This document shows positions 46,069-56,019 of a DNA stretch of 64,000 nt, in pieces. A program made the position numbers and the translations under genes. The notes beneath the pieces are model-generated. The model was not told where the DNA came from, ran no database searches, and worked only from the letters and a program-made list of their open reading frames with translations. The DNA is from Nitrospirota bacterium (GTDB lineage: Bacteria > Nitrospirota > UBA9217): the NCBI GenBank assembly GCA_963818475.1, contig CAWFSF010000002.1, forward strand, positions 320,001-384,000, written 5' to 3'. The first letter of the stretch is position 1, and every line of letters begins with the position of its first letter.

Positions 46069-46800
46069 CTATGCTTTTTTCACTCCGAACTTCTTCCTGA
46101 CCTCTTCGATCTTGCCGCAGGTCATCTTGCCCTCGGGGCAGGCCGCATACAGACAGCCGGGGCCGGATTTGGCAAAGATCGTCGGGGCAACCTTCTTTAC
46201 GTGGGCCAGCATGCGGTCGGCCATCTCCCGGATCTCCCACTGCGCCCGGTTGCAGCAGCGCACGCGGAAGAAGTGCAGAAGCTCCCGGGCGTTCATGGTG
46301 ACCACGATCTTGGTCTCTGCCGCGTTCGGCAGCAGATACCGCGCATCCTGCTGCCCTGCTTCGCCCTTGTACCCGAGCTCCTCGAGCCGCTTCAGGACCT
46401 TGGTATAGTTCGCCTGCGCCTCGTCCATGCACTGCTCGAATTCTCTGGCCAGCGCAGGGTCCTGCTTGATGCTCGGCGGGATCACGTAGTCGAAATGCTC
46501 TTCCTTGACATAGCGCTGGCTCTGCTGCGAATAGGACGCCACGCGATGGCGGACCAGCTGATGCGAGCAGGCCCGGGAAATACCCTCGATGCCGAAGGAG
46601 AAGGTCACATGCTCGATCGGCGATAGATGCCCGATGGAAGCCAGCTTCTCCACAAAGGCCGCCTGGTCCTTGGCCTCGATCTTCTGCTTCAGTTCATCCA
46701 CACCGGACGGGCTGTAGCAGAGCTTCGCTGCCATGGCCACGACCTCTTCCGGATCCGGCGTATACCGCAGCAGTACGACGTTCAATGGTGCTTCAGGCAT
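46069..46800 (-). CDS. thyX: Flavin-dependent thymidylate synthase
   Basis: GHLSPIEH, RHRVASYSQQSQRY, QDARYLLP, MNARELLHF..R, AQWEIR. Confidence 0.95.
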   Translation of the reverse strand: MPEAPLNVVLLRYTPDPEEVVAMAAKLCYSPSGVDELKQKIEAKDQAAFVEKLASIGHLSPIEHVTFSFGIEGISRACSHQLVRHRVASYSQQSQRYVKEEHFDYVIPPSIKQDPALAREFEQCMDEAQANYTKVLKRLEELGYKGEAGQQDARYLLPNAAETKIVVTMNARELLHFFRVRCCNRAQWEIREMADRMLAHVKKVAPTIFAKSGPGCLYAACPEGKMTCGKIEEVRKKFGVKKA

Positions 46801-46877
46801 GGTCCCCTCCTCTCAGAATGTCCCTCAGCACCCTGCAGCATGAGAAAAGGGGTAAAAGCGGATGATAAGGGAATGAC

Positions 46878-46907
46878 ATTATAGCTAGCACCTATCTCGT
46901 GAGTCAA
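46878..46907 (-). promoter_or_regulatory. Internal sigma-70 promoter upstream of thyX
   Basis: TTGACT-N18-TATAAT on the minus strand. Confidence 0.55.
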
Positions 46908-47033
46908 GAAAAATGAAAGATTTGCAGACAATATTTTTTAATTAACTTATAAATTTCATTGATAAAAACCGCAGCGCTACAAAAAGTAGCCGGGCATATG
47001 CTACCAAAGTCTACACGCTATTTGCTTGTATGA

Positions 47034-47836
47034 TTATTTAAAACTGTGCTCTTCTGAAGGGAATGTGCCGCCCTCTACGTCCTGCTTATACTCTTTTACC
47101 GCCTTGATCGCCTGTTCCTTCAGGTTGGCGTACTTCTTGACGAACTTCGGGCGTAAACCGGTCGAAAAGACCCAGAAGATCATGGATCACCAGCACCTGC
47201 CCGTCGCAGTCAGGACCGGCCCCGATCCCGATGGTCGGGATACGGAGCGCCTTATGGATCTCTGAGCCGAGCGAAGACGGAATCACCCTCAACCACCACG
47301 GAAAAGGCTCCGGCATCCTGCACCGCCCGTGCGTCGGCAAGGATCTTCTCCCGCGCCGCGTCGTCCTTGCCCTGGACCTTGAACCCACCCAGCATATGCA
47401 CATACTGCGGGGTAAGCCCGATATGGGCCACCACCGGAATACCTGCGTCCACGATGGCCCTGATGGTCTCCGCCATCTGACTGCCGCCTTCGAGCTTGAC
47501 CGCTTCGGCGCCAGCTTCTTTGAGGAACCGCCCCGCGTTCCGGATGGCTTCCGCTTTGTGCGTTTGATACGAGAGGAACGGCATGTCGCCGACCACCATT
47601 GCCGACTGAGTGCCCGCGACGACCATCTTCGTGTGGTAGATCATCTCGTCCATGGTGACCGGCAGCGTGCTCGCAACGCCCTGCACAACCATGCCGAGGG
47701 AGTCGCCGACCAGGATCATATCGATCCCGGCCTGGTCCACGATCTGGGCAGTAGGATAGTCGTAGGCCGTCAGCATGGTGATCTTTTTGCCTTCGGCTTT
47801 CTTCTTATAGATATCGAGAACGGTAATCTTTGGCAT
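47034..47836 (-). CDS. panB: 3-methyl-2-oxobutanoate hydroxymethyltransferase (frameshifted 3' part)
   Basis: [47 protein letters not shown]. Confidence 0.95.
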
Positions 47837-47841
47837 GGTCT

Positions 47842-47969
47842 AATTTCGGATTGCGGATTTCGGATTGCGGATTAAAACCCGCAACAAAAATTCCGAACCC
47901 TCCGTCTTAACATCGTTGAGATCTGCTTCAGTTTCCCAATCCGCATTCCGCAATCCGAAATCCGCAATT
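47842..47969. repeat. Mirrored heptamer repeats (ATTGCGG / CCGCAAT)
   Basis: aatttcggattgcggatttcggattgcggatt ... aatccgcattccgcaatccgaaatccgcaatt; single arms also at 8915, 35981 and 52064. Confidence 0.85.
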
Positions 47970-47970
47970 G

Positions 47971-48942
47971 CTACACCGCCGGTCTCGGATACAACCCCGC
48001 TGCCTTGACGATTCCCTCGATTGCGCTCTCCCACTCGATGGCCTGGATATGCACGCCCTTGACACCCGGGGTCTCCAGGACCTGATGGATGAGCTCGATC
48101 GTGATCTTGATGCCTTCCTGCTCCTGCAGCTCCCGGGCCTTTTTCTTGTCATCGCCAGCCGCTTCCTTTGCCTTGTTCATCCGGTCGATGAGGGCCTTGG
48201 GAACCGACACGCCCGCAACAGAGGAATCCATGTACTTCAGCATCATGGCGCTCTTCGGCACGATGATGCCGCCAAGGATCGCGGTCTTCTCGTGCAGCCC
48301 CATGTTCACGATCTTTGCCATCTGCGTGCGGAAGCCTTCGATATCGTAAATGCCCTGGGTCTGGATGAAATCAGCGCCTGCATTCACCTTTTTCATGAGG
48401 TTGATCGGCCTGAAATCGATGGGGTCGGCCATGGGCGTCCAGGAGGCGCCGATAAAGAACTTGGGCGGCACTTCGATGGGGTCGCCGCCGTCCTGCTTGC
48501 TCTCGTCGCGCATCTTTTTCATGATGCCGACGAGCTGGCAGGTATCCACGTCATACACGTTCTTTGCGCCGGGATGGCCCTTGAGCCTTCCTGCTGCGCT
48601 GAACTTCTGATGGTCTCCGGCAAGGCAGAGGCAGTTCTTAAGCCCGAGGGCTGCTGCGCCGAGAAGGTCCGCCTGCATGGCGATCCGGTTGCGGTCGCGG
48701 CAGGTCATCTGCATGACCGGCTCCAGACCCTGCTGCAGCGCGATGGCCGCCGCTGCAATGCTCGAGATGCGGACGACCGCGGTCTGGCAATCGGTGATGT
48801 TCGCCGCGTCGCAGAAGCCTTTCAGCTGCTGCGCTTTTTTAATGACCTCATGGGGATCGGCGCTCATGGGAGGGCCGAGCTCCGCCGTTACCGCGGGCTT
48901 GCCGCTGGCGAGTACTTTTTCGAGTGTGCTTCCGCTCTTCAT
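47971..48942 (-). CDS. metF: Methylene-THF reductase, catalytic subunit
   Basis: TAELGPP, ANITD, QMTCRDRNRIAMQ, CLAGDH, KKVNAGADFIQTQ. Confidence 0.92.
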   Translation of the reverse strand: MKSGSTLEKVLASGKPAVTAELGPPMSADPHEVIKKAQQLKGFCDAANITDCQTAVVRISSIAAAAIALQQGLEPVMQMTCRDRNRIAMQADLLGAAALGLKNCLCLAGDHQKFSAAGRLKGHPGAKNVYDVDTCQLVGIMKKMRDESKQDGGDPIEVPPKFFIGASWTPMADPIDFRPINLMKKVNAGADFIQTQGIYDIEGFRTQMAKIVNMGLHEKTAILGGIIVPKSAMMLKYMDSSVAGVSVPKALIDRMNKAKEAAGDDKKKARELQEQEGIKITIELIHQVLETPGVKGVHIQAIEWESAIEGIVKAAGLYPRPAV

Positions 48943-49115
48943 TATCTATCCTCCAAAAGGGTTATATACTGATTCAAGGAAGCCAGCATTGACACTGAAC
49001 GCAGATGACACGCAGATCGATAAAAATCTACATGATCAGTGTAAATCAGTGTCAAAAAATTCGATCTGGTTTTCTCCAGTGTCTCTGCGTTCTCCGTGGT
49101 GCAAAAGACTTTGCC

Positions 49116-49817
49116 TTACTTCCCCGCCTTCGCCTCTTCCTTCGCCTCATACTCCCGGATATGCTCGACCGATATGCGCCGCGGTCCGCCGTCACGGGAG
49201 GTCGACCAGTTGCGCGGAGGCTGGATCTCGGAGAGCTTCTCGAGCGTGCCGAGCTTCTTCATCCGCTCGACGATGAGGTACCAGGCGCAGTCCACGTCCT
49301 TGCTGATCTCGCACTTGCCCTTGTTCGTGCCGCCGCAGGGCCCGTTCATCAGCGTCTTGGCGCAGCGCGCAATGGGGCAGATCCCGCCGGTCATATGCAC
49401 GATGCAGTTCCCGCAGCCTGCGCAGAGCTCCTTGAAATCGCCCGGCGCTTCGACAGCGCCGTAGAACGAGGTGTTGATGCCGGGATAGACCGGCACCGTT
49501 CCCGTCCGGTCGGACAGGAAGTTCACGCCCACGCCGCAGGCTGTGGAGAGCACGAGGTCGTATTTTTTCACCTCGTCGATGACCGGCTCGAAATACTCCG
49601 GTTCGCAGTGGCGCATGACGCCCATGTGGTTCACCACCATGGACTTGCCTTCCTGCGACGCCTTCATCTTAATGAGCGACGCAATGGTCTCGGCTTCCTT
49701 CTCGCCGCCCGCATGGCAGATGGCCACGCAGGTGTTGCATCCGAACACGAGGACCTTCTTGAAGTCCTTCACCATGTTCCAGATTTCATCGATTGGTTTT
49801 TGTGATCCTACGATCAT
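49116..49817 (-). CDS. metV: Methylene-THF reductase, small Fe-S/Zn subunit
   Basis: GCNTCVAIC, ACGVGV, CAGCGNC..GGICPIARCAKTLMNGPCGG..CE..CAW. Confidence 0.9.
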   Translation of the reverse strand: MIVGSQKPIDEIWNMVKDFKKVLVFGCNTCVAICHAGGEKEAETIASLIKMKASQEGKSMVVNHMGVMRHCEPEYFEPVIDEVKKYDLVLSTACGVGVNFLSDRTGTVPVYPGINTSFYGAVEAPGDFKELCAGCGNCIVHMTGGICPIARCAKTLMNGPCGGTNKGKCEISKDVDCAWYLIVERMKKLGTLEKLSEIQPPRNWSTSRDGGPRRISVEHIREYEAKEEAKAGK

Positions 49818-49866
49818 GGTTTATTGCTCCTTTTATCTTGTACTCGTTACTCGTTAAAACAGACAG

Positions 49867-51969
49867 TTATTTTCCGCTTCTCATCCCTATCGTCTTCACC
49901 CGTTCCGAAAATTCCTTGCACACCGCTGCATAAGGATTGCCTTCATTGGTCGAAGACTGCGGACAGGATCTCCACACGGCCGGTTTCGATCTTCAGCATA
50001 GCCGAGCAGGTCCTGCACGCGCTTAACCCGGGCGTTCACACGCGGGGCAATGTCCTTATACTTACAGTTGCCATCGCCGCATCGGATAACAGCCACACCG
50101 TCTACACCGACCTCAAAAGCCTTCAGCATATCGAGGATGTCGATCCTGCTCGTGCAGTGCACGGGTACGGTCTTCACATTCTTCGGAAGATCGAGTCCGA
50201 GCATGCCTGCATGGTTCGTACACGTAAAAGCTACGATCATTGGTTCCTGCCGTTTGGGATCAACCTTGCCCACAAGGGTGGGGAGAGTATTCCTGATCTC
50301 GCGCACATCATAGCTCACCATGCTGATGGCCTCGGCAGGACATTCAGGAGCGCAGAGGCCGCAGGCCTGGCAGTATTCGGGCCGGATCGTGGAATAGGCC
50401 TCGACCACCGGCGCGCCGTAGGGACAGACACGCAGACAGGTGAGGCAGGCCATGCACTTCTTCTGGTCCACCACAGCGCCGCCGCCGCAGCCACGGCACC
50501 GGCCCGCTTCTTCGAGCGCTTCTTTTTCAGTGAAGCCTTCCTCGAAGTGCTCCATGGTCTTGACGCGGACCTCGGGAGCCAGGTGCCGCACCTTCATGCG
50601 CGGCTGTTTGCCGATCTTCTCAACAACTTCTGCCGGCATCTCGGCGATCTTTTCCTTTTCCTGCACAGGAAGCTTGCCTTCGATGGACTCGCCCTGGAGA
50701 AAGAGATGCATGGCAATGGCCGAGCGGTGGCCGTTCGCAACAGCTGCGATGGCGGACCCCGGGCCGGTCACGACCTCGCCGGCAACGAATACGTTCTTTG
50801 CGCTGCTCATCTGGGTCGCCGGGTTCCACTCGACGCGGCCGCGCTCGTCCACCTTAACGGCGCTGTTCTTCAGGAACGAGAGGTCCGACATCTGGCCGAT
50901 GGTGATGATGATCGTGTCTGCTTCGAGCAGCGTGGTTACGTTGTTGTCAAAGGTCGGAGCAAAACGCTTGTTCGCATCAAAGACCGACAGGACCTTCGTG
51001 ACCTCGAGGCCTTTTACCTTGTCGCCTTCGCGCTTGACCGCCTTGGGCCCCCAGCGGTAGTTGATCTTGACCGCTTCTTCGACCGCCTCGTCCACTTCCC
51101 ATTTCCATGCAGGAATTTCCTGCTCGTTCTCGAGGCAGACCATCTCGACGTTCTTCACCCCGAGCCGCCGGGCCGAGCGCGCAACGTCCATGGCAACGTT
51201 TCCGCCGCCGATGACCAGCACCTTTTCTCCCAGCTTCGGCTTGCGGCCGAATGCAACATCCTCAAGATAAGGGATCGCAAGCAGCACGCCCGGGCCTTCG
51301 ACACCCGGGATGTTCAAAGACCGGCTGAGCGAAAGACCGATGGCGACCAGCACGGCATCGTGCTTCTTCATGAGGTCGTCGAGCGTTGCATCTTTGCCGA
51401 CCATGAAGTTCGTCTTCACCTCGATGCCTTTGGTGACGACGTCGTCAATATCTTCTTTCAATACTTCTCGCGGCAACCGGTAGGGCGGGATCGCTGCTGC
51501 GAGCATGCCGCCGAGCACGGGGTGGCGCTCGTAGATCGTGACGCTGTAGCCGAGGTTGGCGAGGTCCCGCGCCGCGGTCAGGCCCGAGGGGCCGGAGCCG
51601 ATGATGCCGACGCTCTTGTTTTTTGTCTTCTGGACAAGCTTTCGCTTGGCGCGGCGATAGTCCTTGGACTGCTCGATGGCGAAGCGCTTGAGGTGCCGGA
51701 CCGCCAGGGGTTCGTCAACACCGCAGCGCCTGCAGGACTGTTCGCAGGGATGGTGGCAGATCATGGAGCAGACCGATGCGATGGGGTTCACCGAGGTGAT
51801 GACCTCGAAGGCCTCGGTATATTTGCCCTGGGCTGATCAGGCCCACATAGGCCTGCACGTCCGTGTGCGCCGGGCAGGCTGCACGGCAGGGCGAATAGGG
51901 CCTTGTTTCCTTGATCTCAGCGCCGTAGGGCCGGTACTCGGTCGGGATGCATGTCGTATCTGTTGCCAT
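49867..51969 (-). CDS. GltD/NfnB-like flavin-Fe-S oxidoreductase fused to a ferredoxin and an MvhD-like domain (frameshifts at both ends)
   Basis: PCRAACP, CSMICHHPCEQSC, GSGPSG, GGGNVAMD, CMACLTCLRVCP, CQACGLCAPECP, FTC..VHCTSRID..CGDGNCKY. Confidence 0.85.
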
Positions 51970-52029
51970 TATGAACTCCTGCCATTAATGATATTTACCA
52001 CGGAGGCACGGAGACACGGAGGAAAAACT

Positions 52030-52058
52030 CTGGATTCCCGCATTCGCGGGAATGACGG
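52030..52058. repeat. REP-like palindrome
   Basis: ctggATTCCCGC-ATTC-GCGGGAATgac. Confidence 0.7.
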
Positions 52059-52097
52059 CTTTTCATTCCGAAATCCGCAATCCGAATTCCGCAATTG

Positions 52098-52662
52098 TTA
52101 CTCTTTTTTCGTCAACAGCTCCAGCATTTCCATGCGCGTTGACTCCTTGGTGCGGAAGCTGCCGCGCACCGCGGACGTCACCACCCGGGCGCCGGGCTTC
52201 TTTACGCCGCGCATGCTCATGCAAAGATGTTCTGCGTCAATGACCACCATGGCGCCTTTGGGCTTCAAGTGGCTCACGATGAGATCGATGAACTGTGCCG
52301 TCAAGCCGCTCCTGCACCTGGGGCCGCTTGGCGAAGACCTCGAGCGCCTTGGCCAGGCTGCTGATGCCCACGATCTTGCCTGCGCCCGGGATGTAGGCGA
52401 TATGCGCCTTGCCGAAGAACGGCAGCAGATGGTGCTCGCATACCGAATAGAACGGGAGGTCGCGGATCATCACCATCTCGTCGTGGCTCTCTCCCGCCAT
52501 GGGGATCAGGAGCTTCTCCGTGTCGGTGGAAATGCCGGAGAAGATCTCAGCGTACATTTCGGCAACGCGCTGCGGCGTGTCTTTTAGCCCCGGCCGGTCG
52601 GGATCTTCGCCGATGCCTTCGATGATGAGCCTGACGCCTTTTTCTATTTTTTTAATATCCAT
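52098..52662 (-). CDS. folE: GTP cyclohydrolase I (frameshift near 52305)
   Basis: [41 protein letters not shown]. Confidence 0.95.
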
Positions 52663-52671
52663 AAGGGGAAA

Positions 52672-52798
52672 GCTCTAAATCCCACGCATCAAATCCAAAC
52701 AATATCAAAATTCAAAACATCAATTTCCGAAACGTTTGGTTCATTGAACCTTGGCGTTTGGAATTTATTTGTTATTTGGTGCTTGGACTTTGAAACTT
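52672..52798. repeat. Family A mirrored repeat overlapping the 3' end of the cyclo-ligase gene
   Basis: AAACGTTT centre and a 24-bp block identical to the copy at 1061..1188. Confidence 0.75.
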
Positions 52799-53343
52799 GT
52801 TTCTATGACCCTCTTTTCCGTCACGATCTTCTTCACCGGCACATCGTGGGCATCAGCAGGAACCTGCGGCACGACCTGGAGCTCGAATGCCAGCGCTACG
52901 GTCATCCCCTGGTACAGCGCAAGAAGCTTGTCGTAAAAGCCCGCCCCGTATCCCACGCGATTGCCGCGTTCATCGAACACCGCGCCCGGTACGACGATGA
53001 GCCCGATGTCCTGAACCACCGCCGTCTTCCCCTGGTCCGGCTCGGGAATGCCCCAGGCGCCGGGGCTCACGTCCCGGTCGAAATTCTCGATCTCCAGGAG
53101 TTCGAGCTCTTTGCCCTTTACCCGCGGCAGCACCACCTGTTTGCCCTCTGCCAGAGCGCGGCGGATCATGCCATGCGTCTCCACCTCGCTCTGAAAGGAC
53201 GCATAGAACATGACCGTGGCAGCGCTATTGAATTCCGGGAGGCTGAACAACCGCTGCTCGATCTCCCTGCTTTTCGCCCGTCGCGCTTCGGGCGTGAGCG
53301 CAAACCGAGCGTCCAGTATCTTTTTTCTGAGCTTGTCTTTCAC
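52765..53343 (-). CDS. 5-formyltetrahydrofolate cyclo-ligase
   Basis: SEVET, WGIPEP, IVVPGAVFDERGNRVGYGAGFYD, HDVPV..IVTE. Confidence 0.92.
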   Translation of the reverse strand: MKDKLRKKILDARFALTPEARRAKSREIEQRLFSLPEFNSAATVMFYASFQSEVETHGMIRRALAEGKQVVLPRVKGKELELLEIENFDRDVSPGAWGIPEPDQGKTAVVQDIGLIVVPGAVFDERGNRVGYGAGFYDKLLALYQGMTVALAFELQVVPQVPADAHDVPVKKIVTEKRVIETSFKVQAPNNK

Positions 53344-53348
53344 GTTAC

Positions 53349-54127
53349 TTATGTCATGAGCTGGTCGAGCGCGGCCTTGATCTTCACGGCCTCTTCCCGC
53401 GTGGCAGGAGCTGCATCGTAGGGCGACTTCCCGTCAAGATCAGCGGTTACGGCATCTCCGGCATAGCTCATGAAGCCCAGGAACTTCATCCCCTTGAGGT
53501 GCTCCAGGATGAACTCCTTTTCCGACTCGGTCCGGATCTTGTTGCCCACAACAAAGACCTCTTTCACGCCAAGACCATGGGCCAGCGATTCTATCTGGCG
53601 GGCGGTCTGCATGCTCCGCTGGCCCGGCTCCACCACCACGATGAACGCATTGACACTGCCGGCCGTGCCGCGGGTCAGGTGCTCGATGCCCGCTTCCATA
53701 TCGAGGATGACGACTTCGTCGCGCCGAAGGATAAGGTGACTGATCAGGCGGCGCAGAAGCACATGTCTCAGGACAGTAACAACCCGAGCCCGCCTCTTTC
53801 GACTTTCCCACGACAAGCAGCCGCACGCCCTCGTGCTGGACGCTGTATCGGTCGGGAATATCATCAACCTTGGGATTGATGCTGAACATGCCGCCGGGAC
53901 TGCCCGGGCCTCGAACCGGTGCGCTCCTCGATCATGTCCGACTGCTCTGCCAGCGGCAGGGCCCGCGCCGCGACCTCAGGTGAGATGCCGAGCGCAGAGG
54001 CAAGGTTCGCATCCGGGTCAGCGTCGACTGCAAGCACTTTTTTGCCTTCTGCGGCATAAAGCCTTGCCAAAAGGCCGGAAAGTGTGGTTTTCCCCACGCC
54101 GCCCTTGCCCGTAATAGCGATTTTCAC
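53349..54127 (-). CDS. cooC: CooC nickel-insertion ATPase, second paralog (frameshifted)
   Basis: ITGKGGVGKT, DADPDANL, GSGCYCPE, LDMEAGIEHLTRGT. Confidence 0.88.
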
Positions 54128-54152
54128 AGCGAATCTCCTTAATATACTGAGA

Positions 54153-54182
54153 CAAAATAACATCTAACGATCGAAAGTGTCA
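54153..54182 (-). promoter_or_regulatory. Putative sigma-70 promoter of the C1 cluster
   Basis: TTGACA-N18-TATTTT with extended TG on the minus strand. Confidence 0.45.
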
Positions 54183-54607
54183 AGGAATTTTTGTCTTCAG
54201 CGGGAGGTTACGAATGGTAGCACGTACTAAGCCAAACTATCCTGCAGGGCATTATAATCATAGGGAAATTAACTCATTGCACTTTGCACTTTTTCTTTCC
54301 TCTAACTGGTCGAATCACTGGTGATGCCGCAGGTGTGGTCTGTTCCTGGGCGCTGGCGCTGCAACGGCGGTTTCAGCGTCAGCGAAATCACGTCAAAGGT
54401 TTACGAGGACTGCAGGATGGAAGTGCCTCATGAAGAAAAACGAAGGTGAAACATGTCAGGCTTGAGAGCGTGGAAAAAGAATACCTGCTCCTTTTACCAG
54501 CAACAGCAGGAACAGGAAGAGCACAAGAACTGATCGTCGGCAGAAACGCAGCGCCGGAGAAGCAACTCCGGCACTGCGTCGGATAAAGGTGGATCTTGTA
54601 TATAGGG

Positions 54608-54931
54608 CTAGAGTGTTGACATTCTTTGCCTGGTCCGGTCCATACCGAGCCGCGTGTGAGAAAAGCCAAGGGGTGCAGCTTCCTCTTCATGCTTGACCAG
54701 CTTTAAGAAATCGCACTCCCAGCATGCTGTGCGCTTTTGCTCTTCGTTGCCCTGTACTTTTCCCCCGCACAAAGACCCGGCGATAACCCAGCAGGAACGG
54801 CCCGCATTTTGCCCCCCATGCATGCCGTTCAGAGCCGTATAGGTCGTTACCGGGCACGTCCCGAACTCCTTTTCATGCAAACCGCCAGATTCTCTGCCGC
54901 ATTTTTTCACTTCCCAGCAATTCAGTTTCAT
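54608..54931 (-). CDS. Two-CW-domain Cys-rich protein
   Basis: NCWEVKKCGRE..CP..HGG.NAGRSCW.IAGSLCGG..C..CDF. Confidence 0.75.
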   Translation of the reverse strand: MKLNCWEVKKCGRESGGLHEKEFGTCPVTTYTALNGMHGGQNAGRSCWVIAGSLCGGKVQGNEEQKRTACWECDFLKLVKHEEEAAPLGFSHTRLGMDRTRQRMSTL

Positions 54932-55040
54932 TCTCCCCCCTTTCGCAATGCATGTGCATGCTTCTTTAAGCTGCATCACATGCGCACAGATCCATCACGA
55001 TCGTGTTTCCCGTTCTTGGTATGGCCCCCAGCCTGAACGA

Positions 55041-55943
55041 TCAGGCTAGCACCGGCCGATCCTGGAAATCGCCTTGCGAGCGACATCGCCGATGTCCCGG
55101 TCGGCGCACAATCCGGCAAGAGAAGGCAATGCTTCCTGTATTTTGCAGCAGCCAAGCGTGATCGCGGCATTCCGCTTCGCCTCGTGGTTGTTCGAGCTGA
55201 GGATTTCGAGCAGGAAGCCTGTTAGTCTCGGGCTGACCAGACAGGTTGCCCCCGCTATCCGGCCATCGCGCAAAAATGGCGGCAACGGCTTCCAGCGTCC
55301 ACTCGCGCAATGACGGTTCCTCATCCTCAAGCAGCTTGCCGAGCGGCCCCAGTGCGGCGGGATCGCCGATCTTTCCCAAGGCCTGGATCGCCGGCATATT
55401 CGCACCCGGCACTTCCAGCAGCGCAATAAGCGGCCCGACCGCGCGGCTGTCAGCCAGTTCGCCCAGGGCCATCGCTGCCGGGAACTGGAGCCACATATCG
55501 CCGGTCAGCGCATCGATGAGGGGGAGCACTGCCCGGTCGTCCCTGATCCTGCCCAAAGACTCTGCCGCCGCATGCTTCACATTGAGGTCCTCATCGACCA
55601 GTGCGTTGATCAGCGCCGGTACGGCCTCGCGGATTCCCATGGTGCCGAGCATGACCGCCGCAAAGGTCCGGACCTCCTCGTCGGCATCCTGCAGCAGCAA
55701 GGCAAGACGGGGCAGCGACCGGCTGCCGAATGCAACATACAATTCCATGCCCGCATTTCTGACGTTGGCATTGGCGTCGTTACGGAGGGCCTGCTCCAGA
55801 ACGGAGTAGATAATATCATCCGGTTTGGCGCTAAGCAGTGCTGCGATCCGAACCTGCTCTTCGCTGCCGTGGTCATAGTAGGTTGCGAGCAGCGACATGA
55901 GCGCATCCTGTGTATTCAGTATCTCGTTGTTGTTATTCGTCAT
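55041..55943 (-). CDS. HEAT/PBS-lyase repeat protein (3' end probably frameshifted)
   Basis: Repeats D.D.EVR..AA..LG......AV..LI.AL. Confidence 0.85.
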   Translation of the reverse strand: MTNNNNEILNTQDALMSLLATYYDHGSEEQVRIAALLSAKPDDIIYSVLEQALRNDANANVRNAGMELYVAFGSRSLPRLALLLQDADEEVRTFAAVMLGTMGIREAVPALINALVDEDLNVKHAAAESLGRIRDDRAVLPLIDALTGDMWLQFPAAMALGELADSRAVGPLIALLEVPGANMPAIQALGKIGDPAALGPLGKLLEDEEPSLREWTLEAVAAIFARWPDSGGNLSGQPETNRLPARNPQLEQPRGEAECRDHAWLLQNTGSIAFSCRIVRRPGHRRCRSQGDFQDRPVLA

Positions 55944-56019
55944 GCTTGTGCTGCATCCTTTCTCTTGAACCTGCTCACGGGAGTTCGTCGCAAACTGTCC
56001 TGAGGAGTTCCCCTCCCGG

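Noticed and set aside
49824-51836. Long antisense ORFs (also 4993..6840, 12374..13786, 34569..35936)
   Set aside because: Shadow ORFs caused by GC-rich codon bias of real genes on the opposite strand; no recognisable motifs
54190-54600. Riboswitch or small ORF upstream of the C1 cluster
   Set aside because: No match to THF, ZTP, cobalamin or c-di-GMP cores that I could recognise; a small plus-strand ORF near 54430-54533 would need two frameshifts
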